From: Heteronotia binoei
Taxonomy: Eukaryota
Direction: 5' to 3'
Length of the DNA stretch: 64,000 bases
Assembly: GCF_032191835.1 (NCBI RefSeq)
Contig: NC_083224.1
Location: forward strand, 122,760,001 to 122,824,000
The notes beneath the pieces were generated by a model, which worked only from the letters and a program-made list of their open reading frames with translations, did no database searches and was not told where the DNA came from. This document shows, in pieces, positions 23,234 to 35,349 of this stretch (its first letter is position 1; each line of letters starts with the position of its first letter). Made by a program: the position numbers and the translations under genes.

Positions 23234-24508
23234 TTTACACCAATAAGGGAAGGAACAATCCATGTTTATCAACAGCTATACTGATTAATTCCAGCTCTAA
23301 TATTTAGAAGAAAAAATCTCAATCTTCCAACACAGAGATTTTAACACTGCAAGCATCCCACACAGTTCCTCTCTCTCAAAAAAATATATTTTTCTACTTT
23401 CATTTTGGGGGGGGGGGGAACAGCTTTAGGGTGGAACAGAATAATTTCAAGCTGAACCGCTTGCCTCTAAAAATGTTACTCTGACCAATGAAGCAGATGC
23501 AAAATTACAGTCACAGCTGTATTCAGAGCACAACAAGGTGGGTAATGGAAAACTAAATTGCTAATTAAATTGCTAATGATTTTTGTTAGTGCCTCTACTG
23601 TATTTTGTCATTTTTAAAACATAAAAAGTATGCAGAAGATATTTTAACACTGCCAAGTTTCTGATTTTGCTAAGTACCACAGAGACCTCTAAAGACTGCC
23701 ACCTATAAAAGAAGCGTGGATGTGGGCACATGAAACAGCAGGCTTGCTTTACTGACCAGCCATTTAGGTACATCAATGCTTCCTCCTCAATTTTGCATCC
23801 TTTAAGGCTACCTGCCTCATGAACTCCTCTGCATTAGGGCTTGGAGCAGCACCCACAGTTGGTATTTGAAGGTAATAAACTGGAATATGTCGTGACATAA
23901 TAGCTCTGGAAATAGACACTGGCCACATTTTACCAAAAAGAAAGAAAGAAAAGAAAAGCAGAGCAACAGTACAATTTTATTTTTATTGTGATAACTGTAG
24001 GGGAAATTTATTGCAGTGTTAGTATTTTATTGTTTCATTATGTTAGATTAGCTGAGAGAGGTAGTTACATTCTCAACATAAAAATGTCTTTAATGTTTTC
24101 ATTTCAATTTTGCAGTTTATAATATGCAGATTACAGCATTATCATAATCCCATATTGTTATATGTACAGTGAGATGACAGTGCGTTTTCTCCTCCAATTA
24201 CAGAGCTAATTTCTAATAAATGATTTCCACAAGATCCCTAGTTCATCTGGCATTTGAAAGGTGTATACATAAAAAATTATCCTGCAATTCCTTGTTAAAG
24301 TCAATTTCCTCATGCAAGTTAGATTATTGTATAAGAATACAATACAATGTCTTCTCCCAAAGACATCTAGCAGTCACTTCTTCTTCATACTCAAAAATGC
24401 TTTATGATGGATTGCCAAGTAATTTATCATAGTCTCAGTGAACTGCCAATCATTTATGTTTATTCCAGAAAATAAATTTAATCCCAGGAACAGAAATGCA
24501 AAACTTAC

Positions 24509-24551
24509 TTTTTCTGTGGTAAAGCTGTCCAACTTCAAAACTCTCTTAACG
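24509..24551 (-). CDS. ITGB3BP: ITGB3BP coding exon 2, 43 nt, (P)VKRVLKLDSFTTEK
   Basis: ttacag|C...AAA|gtaag; matches recalled human PVKRSLKLDGLLEENS; phase 2 to phase 0. Confidence 0.92.
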
Positions 24552-26454
24552 CTGTAAGAGAAAGGGAGGAAAGCAAGTTGTTTTATCCTTCATAAGCAAA
24601 TTTTCTACTCAAAAAATTCATACATGGAGGCTATCAAATGATAAAGATCATCTTGTTTTTACACTACAGAAACTAACCTTATATAAAGCAAAAAAATAAA
24701 TCAGCTAGTGAACAATGCAACCTGTAGTAGCTTTATAACATTTTGTTTGTGTGCTCTCTGAAAACCCACCTCTTCAGTTACACAAATGGGAACAACTCTG
24801 TTCAAATTGGGTACTGATGTCATACGGTCCAAAATAATTAAATTAAAACCTATAAGCTTCCTATAAAATACTAATAAGAAATAAAAAGTGCACATAACTT
24901 ACCTTCCATGTAAATATCACAATTATTTTGCTATTCAGAAAAATAATGTATCAGGCATTTACACCCCAGTACATTCAAGGTGAAAGAAGTAGTTCTTCAC
25001 ATCATTTTAGCTCTTAACATGATTCAGTGCTACTAGACTATGACTTAACTAGGGAACAGATGCTCTATGTCTTTACAGGTCCCCAAACCATAAGAAACTA
25101 TTTTCTCGTCTTCTTCACTATACTGATTCAGGAACATGCCAAGCTTTCTCTGTAAAATCTGTTCTGCTGAACTGGATGCCCAGCTGTTAATGGCAACACG
25201 AGGAATGGAAAGCTGAATATTTATAATACTTTACATCGTACAGCTGTCTTCTAAAGAGCAGTCATCAAAATTTTATTGAATGCAGACTAAATACTCAAAG
25301 GAAAGAAAGGTCAACATAAATTAAGACTATTTTTCCCAGAGACAACTCCAACTTTTAAAGTACATTCTTAAATCTTAAACAACAGTTAAAGGCTTTTTTA
25401 TATAAAGCAACTAAAACCCTTTAAAATCATCCAATAAAAGCTTCAGAAGATTATTTTAGATTAAACAAGCTTTGTAGAAGCATTTCATTTCATAAGAGAA
25501 TGGAACAGGCACCATATTGGAAATAAGCCATTTTGACTTAGTAACCAAGAGTTGAATGCAGAAAATGCTAACATGGTATTACAGACTCCAGTTTCTATTC
25601 ACTATGGTCTCTGTAAATGGTCAGGATTCCAACAGGACAGAGTCTGAATGAAACGTCCCCAAATAACATCTTTTTTTTTTAATGTGCCATCCTTTAAGGT
25701 GAACCTTGGGAAGAAAGTTTAAAGGTATTATAAGAATATGACTGTATTATACTAGTTCAGATTAATGTTGATAAGGGGTCACTCCAAAAGCATTTTTTGT
25801 CTTAAAAACAAGAACCATACAATAAAAGATTTACATTTTACATTTTAATTTTAATGTTAAAAAGCCACCCACATTCTTGCCAAAGGAAAATGCAAGCTGA
25901 AACAGTTTCACAGAATTCTTAAGAGCATGTTTTTTCTGAAATATAGTGGCCCATATTGTTTAAGAAATGCAGACTCCATTTCATCTTCTACCCCAGTGGC
26001 AGCAAAGAAACATTTTATACATTAATACATTCACTCTGCAAAGGTGCTCTAGGGGACCATGTATTTGCATGCTATGCTAAGGCATGTTATGATGGAAGTT
26101 TTTATGACGGACTTTAAAGGAAGCTGGAAGCCAAAGTACAGTTGAATCCGGACTCAAGGTAACTTTATGATTAGGATGAATGAAAAACTACATGAAAATC
26201 CCATTAAATTATAGCAACCTGGAAAAAAAATCTTGACAAAAAAGTGGCAGAATGGTCAAGCACCATGCTATTTAAAATCTGTCATTGACTTAAACAGTAC
26301 TAGAGTTACAATGTTCCCAAGTTCCAATCATTTGCCTGTGGAGACATTGTAAATAATTCAGCAGGACAGCCATCCTCAATCCATGAAAGAGCTATTTTCA
26401 TGAGATCTTGGTTATACCCTTTAGTGGTCTTAGGGATGCTAGACTTAAGTATTC

Positions 26455-26860
26455 AGGTAGCTTATGCATGAGTGTGAAAGTTGAACAATGAAGGAAGCTG
26501 ACAGGAAGAAAGTTAATTCATTTGAAATGTAAAGTTGGAGCAGAGTTGTACAGGTACCAAAGACTAAAAAGAAGACATGTAAGTAGGTTTTTGATCGTCA
26601 AGCCTGAACTCTCCCTAGAAGTTAACATATGAGGCTATGGTACTTTGGTCACATGATAAGACAAGAATCACTGGAAAAGACAATAATGCTAGAAAAAGTT
26701 GAAGTCAGTAGAAAAAGAGGAAGACCCAACATGAGATGGATTGATCCAATCAAGGAAGCCACAGCCTCAGTTTTCAAGATCTGAGCAAGGCTGTTAAAGT
26801 TTGGAGGTTTTGAAGGTAATTAATTAATAAGATTACCATAAATTGGAAGCCGCATGATAG
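26455..26860 (+). mobile_element. RTE-clade LINE 3' fragment, degraded
   Basis: Remnant YxCESWT.KKADRKK...FEM, YFGHMIR..SLEKTIML.KVE..RKRGRP.MRWID. Confidence 0.6.
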
Positions 26861-27334
26861 CACTTAACACATATACACACATTCTAGATTTTAAGGGAGG
26901 AGGTAGAGGAAATAACAGAAAAGATGGAGGCCAGTTCTTACATGCATTCAAAGTTCAAATGTGTCGGGGGGGGGGCAGAAATAGTCTATTTGCAGAGCAT
27001 ATGTTGTATTTATTTTGTTGTGACGTGTTCTTCCACAAAATGCAATTTGATTTTCTAGCAACCCAAAGACTGCTATATAATATACCACTATCATGACCTT
27101 GTTTGTCTGCATCAGTCAGAACTAAGCTACCAACAAGCAGCAACAGCTGGGTTCTCCTGCCTACTAGCTCTATAAAGCTGTCTGGCAGTCGTGCCCAAGA
27201 GGAGAACTGTTTCCTTCCTTCCTCTGCTCCATCACTTCTATGTGATTGCTAGTGATATCACCTGTCCACAGCTCTGAGTACTTGTTCAGAGCACTTGTAG
27301 CAGATAGCTTACTCATGATACACATCAGTAACTT

Positions 27335-28230
27335 CTTATGAACATAAGAAAAATAAGAACCACTCTGCTGGATCAGACCAATGGTGCATCTAGTCTCACA
27401 CAGGGGCTAACCAGCTCCTCTGAAGAGCCAACCACAGTGCATAGAGGCTGAGGCCTTCCCCAGTGTTGTCTACTGGCACTGGGATTCAGAGGTTGACTGC
27501 CTCTGAATGTGGAAGTTCCATTTGGTCACCATGGCTAGTAGCCACTGATAGAGCTATCCTCCATGAATCTATTTAATTCCCTTTTAAAGTTGTTTATTCC
27601 TGTGGTCATCACTACATCCTCTGGGAAGGGATTCCACATTTTAATCACCTGCAATTAACATAGCAAGAAGTGTTTCCTTTTGTCCATCCTGAATCTACTG
27701 TCCAACAGCTTCATTGGGTGCCCTAAAGTTCCAGTATTTGGGGAGAGGGAGAAAAAGTTCTCTTTGTCAGCTCTCTCCACCCTGTGCATAATTTTATAAA
27801 CCTCTATCATGCCCCCCTCTTTTTTTCTAAATAGAAAAGTTACAGACTCTTCAGCCTTTCCTCAAAGGGAAAGAGCTCAAACGCCCTAATTATCTTAGTT
27901 GCCCTCTTCTGTACTTTTTTGAGGTCTGCAATGTCCTTTTTGAGATACAGTGACCAGAACTGTACACAGTATTCCAAATTAGACTGCACCATATATCTAC
28001 TCATGGGCATTATAATATTGGCCATTTACCATTTTATTTTCAAACCCTTTCCTAATAATTCTAATAAACATAGAGTTTGCCATTTTCACTGTTGCAGCAC
28101 ACTGGGTTGATGCTTTCATTGAGTTATCTACTATGACCCCAATATCCTTTCCTCTCTAAGACTAAGCAAATTCAGACTCTATTAGCATATACTTGAAGGG
28201 GGGGGGGGGTTGTCCCAATGTCCATTACTT
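27335..28230 (-). mobile_element. CR1 LINE 3' fragment, degraded
   Basis: ORF 27840..28025: IIMP..MVQSNLEYCVQFWS..LKKDI..KVQKRATK; CR1-type 3' tail (CATAAGAA) at about 27340. Confidence 0.8.
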
Positions 28231-29275
28231 TACACTTACCAACATCTTCTTAAAAGTCCTCTCAGGGTTTCCAATATAATATTTCCAACCACTTTCCCCC
28301 TGCTTTACCACAATCAAGTTCCAGATCCTTCTGAAGGAACTGGATGGTTGTATCACCACTGTAGGAGATGCCAGGCCTTCTTCCTAACATAATATTTAAA
28401 GGCTAATTGTTTTCTGTGAGTCATTAGCAGTCCTGAAAAATCTATGGGACACTCTTAAAGGTTATTTTCTATCCTTCCATTTACATCCATCACCAACATC
28501 ACACTTCAAGTGTTATATCTCAGTCTCACCATTCATCAACTGCCCACTTCCTTAGTAATTGTTCTGTAAAGATACTTTATTTATCCTCAACTGCAGCCCC
28601 CTTGCTGCTCAGATGCTCCTCATTATGAAGAACATCTACAATGGATTTTTAAAAGCAGTTGCACTTCTTGTTCCATAGTTTAGCAAATACTTTTTGCTTC
28701 AAAGCTACCAAGCTACCAAAGTACTTGGACAGAATATAGGACTTTGCTCTGATGTAAGCATTGTTGTTAAAGACAGACATGAGATGTATCATGAGGTTAG
28801 TTCTATGAAATAAGATTGGCACCAGTGTTCATCAATTATATTTGTTGAGATAATGCTGTGTGCTCGCAAGATATGTATTTTGTTTGGCTCCATGCAGCTT
28901 TTCTGCTGCTGAAGAAAGGAGAAGGCTGTTTTTGATTAGCAAAAAGCCTATACTGGGGGTCATGGAAGCTTCATGGATAAAAGCCACAGATGCGAATTGA
29001 GGGAAGGTGGGTTGGGAGGAACACTGCTGCCAGCTGCAACGTATTAGCTGTGCTTTTCTTTGTGCTTCCTTTCTCAGGTATATATCTTGAGTGTGGCTAG
29101 GAGGTATGAGCCAAAGAGCTTTTATCCTGTGGCCTTTGACAACTGGCCTGGTTCTAAGATACAGGTTGTTCTTGCCTTTTTTATATAAATGCAATTTCTT
29201 TTAATGTTTTTAATTATATTTTTTATTTGTTGTAAGCTGCTTTGGTCCTGCTCATGCAAAAAGCAACCATATATA

Positions 29276-29500
29276 TTGTTGTTCAGTCGCACAGTTGAGT
29301 CCGACTCTTTGTGACCCCATGGACAAAGTCATGCCAGGCCCTCCTGTCTTCCACCATCCTCCGAAGTCTGCTCAAATTCATGTTTGTTACATCAGTAACA
29401 CTGTCCAGACATCTCATCTTTTGCCGTCCCCTTCTTCTTTTGCCTTCTGTCTTTCCTAGCATAAGCATCTTCTCCAGGGAGTGCTCCCGTCTCATTTGGT
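29276..29500 (-). mobile_element. BovB (RTE) LINE 3' end
   Basis: ORF 29283..29495: SLEKMLMLGKTEGKRRRGRQKMR.LDSVTD..NMNLSRLR..VEDRRAW...VHGVTKSRTQL; (CAA)n tail. Confidence 0.85.
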
Positions 29501-30273
29501 GGCCAAACCATATATACTGGCTATTATACTGACTAATATACTTACCAACTAACTGAATACAAAAGTAGGCAATGGCAAAGCACCTCTGAGTGTATCTTGC
29601 CTTGAAAACCCTATGGGGTCACTGTAAGGACTGCAACTTGACAGTATTTTCCACCAACAACAACTAACTAATATTGTAGTAGGGAGAGAACTTAGGTGTG
29701 ACTGACTGAGAAAGCTATCTGGATCCAGCTCATTGTTGTCTGGCTGCACAGAGTGCAAATACATTGGCCCAGAACAATATGGCACTTGGGCCGTTATGGT
29801 AAAACCACTGCCAGACTTACAAGGGCCTCCACTGTGGTCCCTGTAAATGCCGTGGTGCCTGACACCTTTCTTGGTGCCCCCAACTATTGTAATAAAATTG
29901 GCAGAGCCAGTTGGGGCTTTTGCCCAGGAGAACTTCTAATTGGCCACTGAAGATCTTTGGCAGCAGCTACCACCACAGCAAAGGGATCTTCACTGTATGA
30001 TTGAAACTGTGTATGCAAGAAAACATGTTAAAACAGTGTTCATTTTAAATGCATCCTTGTTAAACAGGATGGCGTTGTCTCTCCTATTGTGGTGGCAGAA
30101 TTTCAAAGGGGCCCCCACAATCTCAAAACACACCCAAGCTGCTTTCTTTCATAAGTACATAACAAATAAGGATATCCATTTTAAGAAGATTTCTACAGAA
30201 GCCAGAACATTTGTGGCTGCTTCACATTTTATATGGCAGTGATTACATAGATATTCCAGGTATACATGCTACA

Positions 30274-30470
30274 TTTGAGTCCAACAGCACCTTAGAGTCC
30301 AACAAGACTTTCAGAGTATAAATTGTTGAAAGTCAAACCTTCCTTCATCAGATATGACAAAGGGAGCTTTCATTCTTGCAAGCTTTTATCATGAAAATCT
30401 TGTTGGTCCCTAAGGCACTCTTGGACTCAAATTTAGCTGTTCTACTGCAGACCAACACAGCTACCCTCTG
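30274..30470. mobile_element. Probable Penelope-like terminal-repeat remnant with an internal inverted repeat
   Basis: 30274-30314 is the inverted repeat of 30392-30431; the motif GTAGCCGTGTTGGTCTG..GAGTCCA..GCACCTT..GACCAAC recurs near 31930 and 41245-41340. Family assignment is from memory only. Confidence 0.4.
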
Positions 30471-30837
30471 AAATTATCTCCATGTATACATGCTGACCTG
30501 ATAAGAAAGGCATGTTTTAAAACTCTCAACATTGTATATTCCTAAGTGTTTGGGAAAACATGCATTCACTTTGTACTTCCTATGTACCAAACACTGGTGA
30601 AATACAGAGCAATCCAGCTGCAAGGATTCTTCTGATTGATAGCAAGCACAAATAGTTCAATAGCCAGTTTCAAGCACTAATAGTTCAATAGCCAGTTTCA
30701 AGCACAGGATACTGCTATCCTGTGAATAACAATTCCTACAGTAGCTTCCCAGATTACATATATTTGACAAGTGCCGTAGGTCATACTCTGCAAGTTACAC
30801 GTTTTTCTCAAGAATCTATGAAGAAAAGGGGGGGGAG

Positions 30838-31040
30838 GGGCTGTGAGCTAATGGTAGAATACATGCTTTGCATGCCATAGTTCTTAGGTTCAAACCCTAG
30901 TATCACCACTTAAAAAAGGATTTTAGGTAGTAGTGCTAGGAAAGTCCTTTCTTTGCCTAATACTGTGGAGAAGTGCAGCCAGTCAGAATAAACAATACCG
31001 AGCTAGATGAATCCATGAGATGATTCTGTATAAACCAGCT
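30838..31040 (+). mobile_element. tRNA-derived SINE (Squam-like), degraded
   Basis: GGGGCTGTG.GCT.ATGGTAGA..GGTTCAAACCC head; related copies at 38130-38340 (-) and 61165-61380 (+). Confidence 0.55.
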
Positions 31041-31219
31041 TTTAAAATGCATCAAGATATATCTGCAATATAAAATGCATCAAAATATATCTGCAATCCT
31101 GTCTGTACCATTATAATTCAACTTTGTAGAGCAAACTTACTGATGTTTATCACTCCCTCGAGTGGATTCCCACCCACCCCGCCCCCGGCAGCACTCTCCC
31201 GCACCTCTCAGCTACTTAC

Positions 31220-31224
31220 GGCAT
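31220..31224 (-). CDS. ITGB3BP: ITGB3BP coding exon 1 (ATG CC, 5 coding nt)
   Basis: Minus strand ATCATGCC|gtaagtag with a consensus donor; phase 2 joins exon 2 to give MPVKR, as recalled for the human protein. Confidence 0.88.
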
Positions 31225-31329
31225 GATCAGGCGTGAACAGCTTCGCCTTCCCCGCCCTTCGATCGCAAAACTGAGACTCCCGCCCGGAACCAATGTGGTG
31301 CACCGGTCAAAGTCCGCCGGCTAGAAACA

Positions 31330-31505
31330 GGCACTACTAGACTGGATAGAAAAAGCTTCAGGACTCTACCTCCCTGACCCGGCGAGGTGGTTGACTGGGC
31401 AACGATAATAAAGGCAACCTTGACGAGCCGGAGCGACAGAAGAAGGGCCCAAGACATCCGTATGCCCAGGTCCGAACGCTCTCATTTGTTGCCCCGCTGT
31501 GTCAG
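31330..31505 (+). other. EFCAB7: Putative non-coding exon 1 of EFCAB7 (start approximate)
   Basis: Donor-like CAG|GTGCGT at 31505 in the CpG-rich region; the first coding exon at 47028 has an acceptor, so an upstream exon is required. Confidence 0.45.
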
Positions 31506-32477
31506 GTGCGTTTTCCTCTGTTCCCTTTTCGATTGTGCTTTTTATCATAATCATTGCTATTATTTGAACAACCAAGTCTTGTGGCATTTTTTAAAACGAG
31601 CAGATTTATTGTGGCATAAACTTTTGAGGATTCGTTAAGAGACCACAACTAGAGACTGATCCCCGAACACACTCATGCCACCTGCGAGTTTGAGGTGCCA
31701 CAAGAGACTAACAGAGCTTCCTCTCTGGAATCAGTGGCATTACGGCCGTTTATTGATATAAAATTGTTTGTAATGCTTGCTTGTTGAAAAAGGAGAAGGC
31801 TTCGAGGGATTCCTGAAAAGGATGAGAAGGTCGGATAAAGGTAAACAGTGTACTTAATTTTCAGCGAGGGGGGTGCTGGAACTCAGGTTTGATATTTATC
31901 GGAACCCCCATTGCAGTACAGAGACTGATGGGTAGCCGTGTTGGTCTGAAACAACAGAATAAAATTAGAGTAAAGCCAACAAAGTTGTATTCAAGGTATA
32001 ACCTTTCCTGTGTATACACACACACACTTCAGTAGCTTTAGGTGTTTTGAGGATTAATGTAGTTACTTTTAAGACGGAAGAGGCTTTCTGTATATACCAG
32101 AGGTTTGCTCTCGTCCCACCCTCCACTATACAGGTTACAAGCCACTGGAACTGAACTCTTGTACAGATTAAGTCCTGATTCTCCTAGGACCAGGCCTCAG
32201 CTGCAGTGGGAGCTCATAGGAGCACAGCTCCTGCACCTTTCTGAGAGTTCCACCTCCTCCTTCTGCGAGTTCCACCTCATTGTCCATTGAACAGTATGTG
32301 CAGCTGCATAACAATTCCTGGATGAGCTCCCCCACCTATTTTTCTTCAAAACGATCCCTGTCTAGGACGAAGGTTGTAATACCTTAGACACAATCTGTTT
32401 TATTTTAATATCATACTATTGTCTGATGAAGTCTGCTTTTAGCACAGGAAAACTTACATTCTCAATAAAATTTATTT

Positions 32478-33570
32478 ATTTATTTTTGTTAATTTGCATT
32501 CCGCCCTTTCCCGCAAGCAGGCTCAGGGCGGATCACAACAAAAAACAATTAAAAACTACAAGCTAAAGCCATAAAATACAATAAAACAAATAACACATAT
32601 ATCAAAGGCAATGGTTACCATTGGGCACATTCTATATATCTGTACAGCTGGAGGCCCAGAGATGAAATAATAAATTAAGATAAAATAATATAGCATCATG
32701 GCAGGCAAGGGAGGCCAAGCAGATGGAAATAAGAATGTCCGCTGCCTCAACCAAAGGCCCGGTGGAACAGCTCCATCTTGCAGTCCCTACAAAATGGCAT
32801 CAAATCAGGTAGGGCCTGAATCTCCACAGGGAGCTGATTCCACCAGGCTGGGGCCAAGGCCAAAAAGGCCCTGGCCCTGGTCAAGGCAAACTGAACATCC
32901 TTTAGGCCAGGGACAGTCAACGCAGCTATCTCTGGGGCACATATGGGGAGAGGCAGTCCCACAGGTATGTTGGTCCCAGGCTGCATAAGGCTTTAAATGT
33001 TAAAACCAAAAGCTTGACGCGAATCCGGTACACTATTGGTAGCCAGTGCAATTGGTGCAGCATTGGCTGGATGCTTGCCTGTAGAGGCAATGCAGTTACC
33101 AGCCGTGCTGCTGCATTTTGCACCAGCCGAGTCAGCCGCAAGGGCAAGCCTGCGTAGGGCGAGTTACAGTAGTCCAATCTGGAAGTTACTGTCGCATGGA
33201 TCGCTGTAGCGAAGTCCTGGGAGGACAGGTAGGGTGCTAGTTGTCTAATCTGCCGAAGATAGCAAAAGGCAGATGGAGCAACTGCTGTGATCTGGGCCTC
33301 CATGGAAAGTGAGGCATCCAGTATCACTTCTGGGCTGGCACAAGACATGCACAAGACAGTGTTGGTAGCCAGATACCCGACTCTAACCCCCCACGGCTCA
33401 AGCATAGGTCCTCCATTTTAGCTGGATTAAGCTTCAGCCAACTTAACTGCAGCCATCCAGCCACAGCTTCTAAGGCCCTAGTCAGATGATCTGGGGTAGA
33501 GTCTGAATGGCTGTCCATTAACAGATAGAGCTGGGTGTCATCTGCATACAGGTGACAACTTTTCTAAATC
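32478..33570 (-). mobile_element. L2-clade LINE 3' fragment, degraded
   Basis: ORFs 32926..33405 (HATVTSRLDYCN..VQNAAARL..LHWLP..FKAL) and 32747..32986 (RAFLALAPAWWNQLP); (TTTA)n tail near 32480. Confidence 0.8.
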
Positions 33571-34099
33571 TAAAGGTGCATGCTACTGGACTCCAACTTT
33601 GTTGAATTCAACATTTGTGGTTAACTGACATCTCACTGGCAGTATTTTCAGGTCATGGATCTTTGTCCTGTGTATATATTACATAGATGTAAATTCCATT
33701 GTGAATCTGACAAGTATAAAATTCAGTTTTATAAAGGTTATTTTTATTTATGTTATTTATAGTCTGTCTTTCTCACTTGATTTCAAGGCAAATTACACAG
33801 AATGATTGAATGCAGTCAACAGGATGGGACATTCAATAAAAATTTAGATAGGATTTGGGTTGTAGAACCAACTAGAAGTTTAAAAACAAAACTGAAGCAA
33901 GGCATGAATGTTAACATGACATATAAAATAATGCAAAATTACACAGTAGGATCCAATGTATAGCAAACTGTATACAATAGTACAGATCATAGTCTCTAAT
34001 AATTTATTCAATGCTACCGTATTGCCTGCATAGAAAAGCCCTCTTGAATAATTCAGTTTTTAGTAATTTATGGAAAGTCGGGAAAGTGGAAGCTTTCCT

Positions 34100-34345
34100 G
34101 ATTTCCTCAGGCAAGCCATTGGGGGCCATCTATCTAAGGGACTGCCTTTCCACATATATACCCCAGAGAGCACTGCGTTCAGGAAGTCAACATCTGTTAT
34201 CCATCTTCGGATCAAGGGAGGCCAGATTATGCTCTACACAGGCGAGGGCCTTCTCTGTGGCAGCCCCTAATTTATGGAACGCACTTCCAGAGGCCATGAG
34301 AGCCCTACAGGATCTCTCCCAATTTCGCAGGGCCTGGTTGTGCAC
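34100..34345 (+). mobile_element. L2 LINE fragment
   Basis: YLRDCLSTYIPQRALRSG..RAFSVAAPNLWNALP in ORF 34011..34448. Confidence 0.7.
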
Positions 34346-35349
34346 CATTCCCTTAGCTCAGTTTGGGTCTTTTTTCCCTTTCATTTTAGTGGTCATGCAC
34401 ATATGTGCTCAAGCGCTCATGCACTTGATGGCTGTTTTTTTACAATAAAAAAAATACTGGAAGTAGGTTGGGATGGCCTGGTGGGTTCACACCGCCAATC
34501 CGCCTTGCTTGCGTGCTCCTGCGTTCAGACACTTGGGAAGATGGATGGGGTGCGGAAGACAGATTTGCTATCACTTTTGAAATGGTAACTTTTTGAGCTG
34601 CCTCAGAGACGCCAAAGGACGAGGTGAGTGCAGGAGTAGGACAGGAGACAGATGTATGCATCTGAACTTGATTTTTTAATCTGTCTGGTTGCCATACCTA
34701 TGTCAGCTTAAACTGAGCATCTGAACCTAGCCTTAGACTTTGATGGGAGGACACCAAGGAAGATGGGGATCGTTGTGCAGAGGAAGGCAGTGGTAATCTA
34801 CCTCTGCTTATCTCTTGCCTTCCAAAGCACATGGCCCTGGGGCACATGGACATGATTCAGTTCTGACTTGACTGCACATAATTGTTATTATTTTTTAATT
34901 ATTATTAAATACAAAGGCAAGCAATACTGACATGACTTATCAAATAAATGAAAAATCTATCATAAATGACTATCACAGTGATAGACATCTGCATAACAAA
35001 ACCATCCAATATGTTGTTGTTGTTAATTACATTTAATTAATCACCCATCCTGGCTCCCGCTGGGCTCTGGGTGATATACATCATATATAGTAAAACAATA
35101 TAAAAGCTAAAAACAACAATTCAAGTTTCAGTTTATTAAACGACTTTTAAAAACCCAGATGGTGTCCTATTTCTTCTATATTCTTCTATATGCAGGGGGC
35201 CCTGATTTGGGGTGGGGGGAAAGGGAGCTGACAATGTGTTGGGGTGGGGAGTGGAAAATAGAGGTAATATAATTATGACCTAAATAATAGAATTAGTATC
35301 ATTTAATCAATGAATAAGGGGAAAAAGCATAAATAACAAGGGAAAAGCT

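Larger units (their letters stand above)
31150..31510. promoter_or_regulatory. CpG-rich bidirectional promoter region of ITGB3BP / EFCAB7
   Basis: Only host-derived CpG-dense stretch in the window; GC boxes (CCCCGCCCCC, CCCGCCC), CCAAT at about 31290; ITGB3BP ATG at 31224 on the minus strand, candidate plus-strand donor at 31505. Confidence 0.75.
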
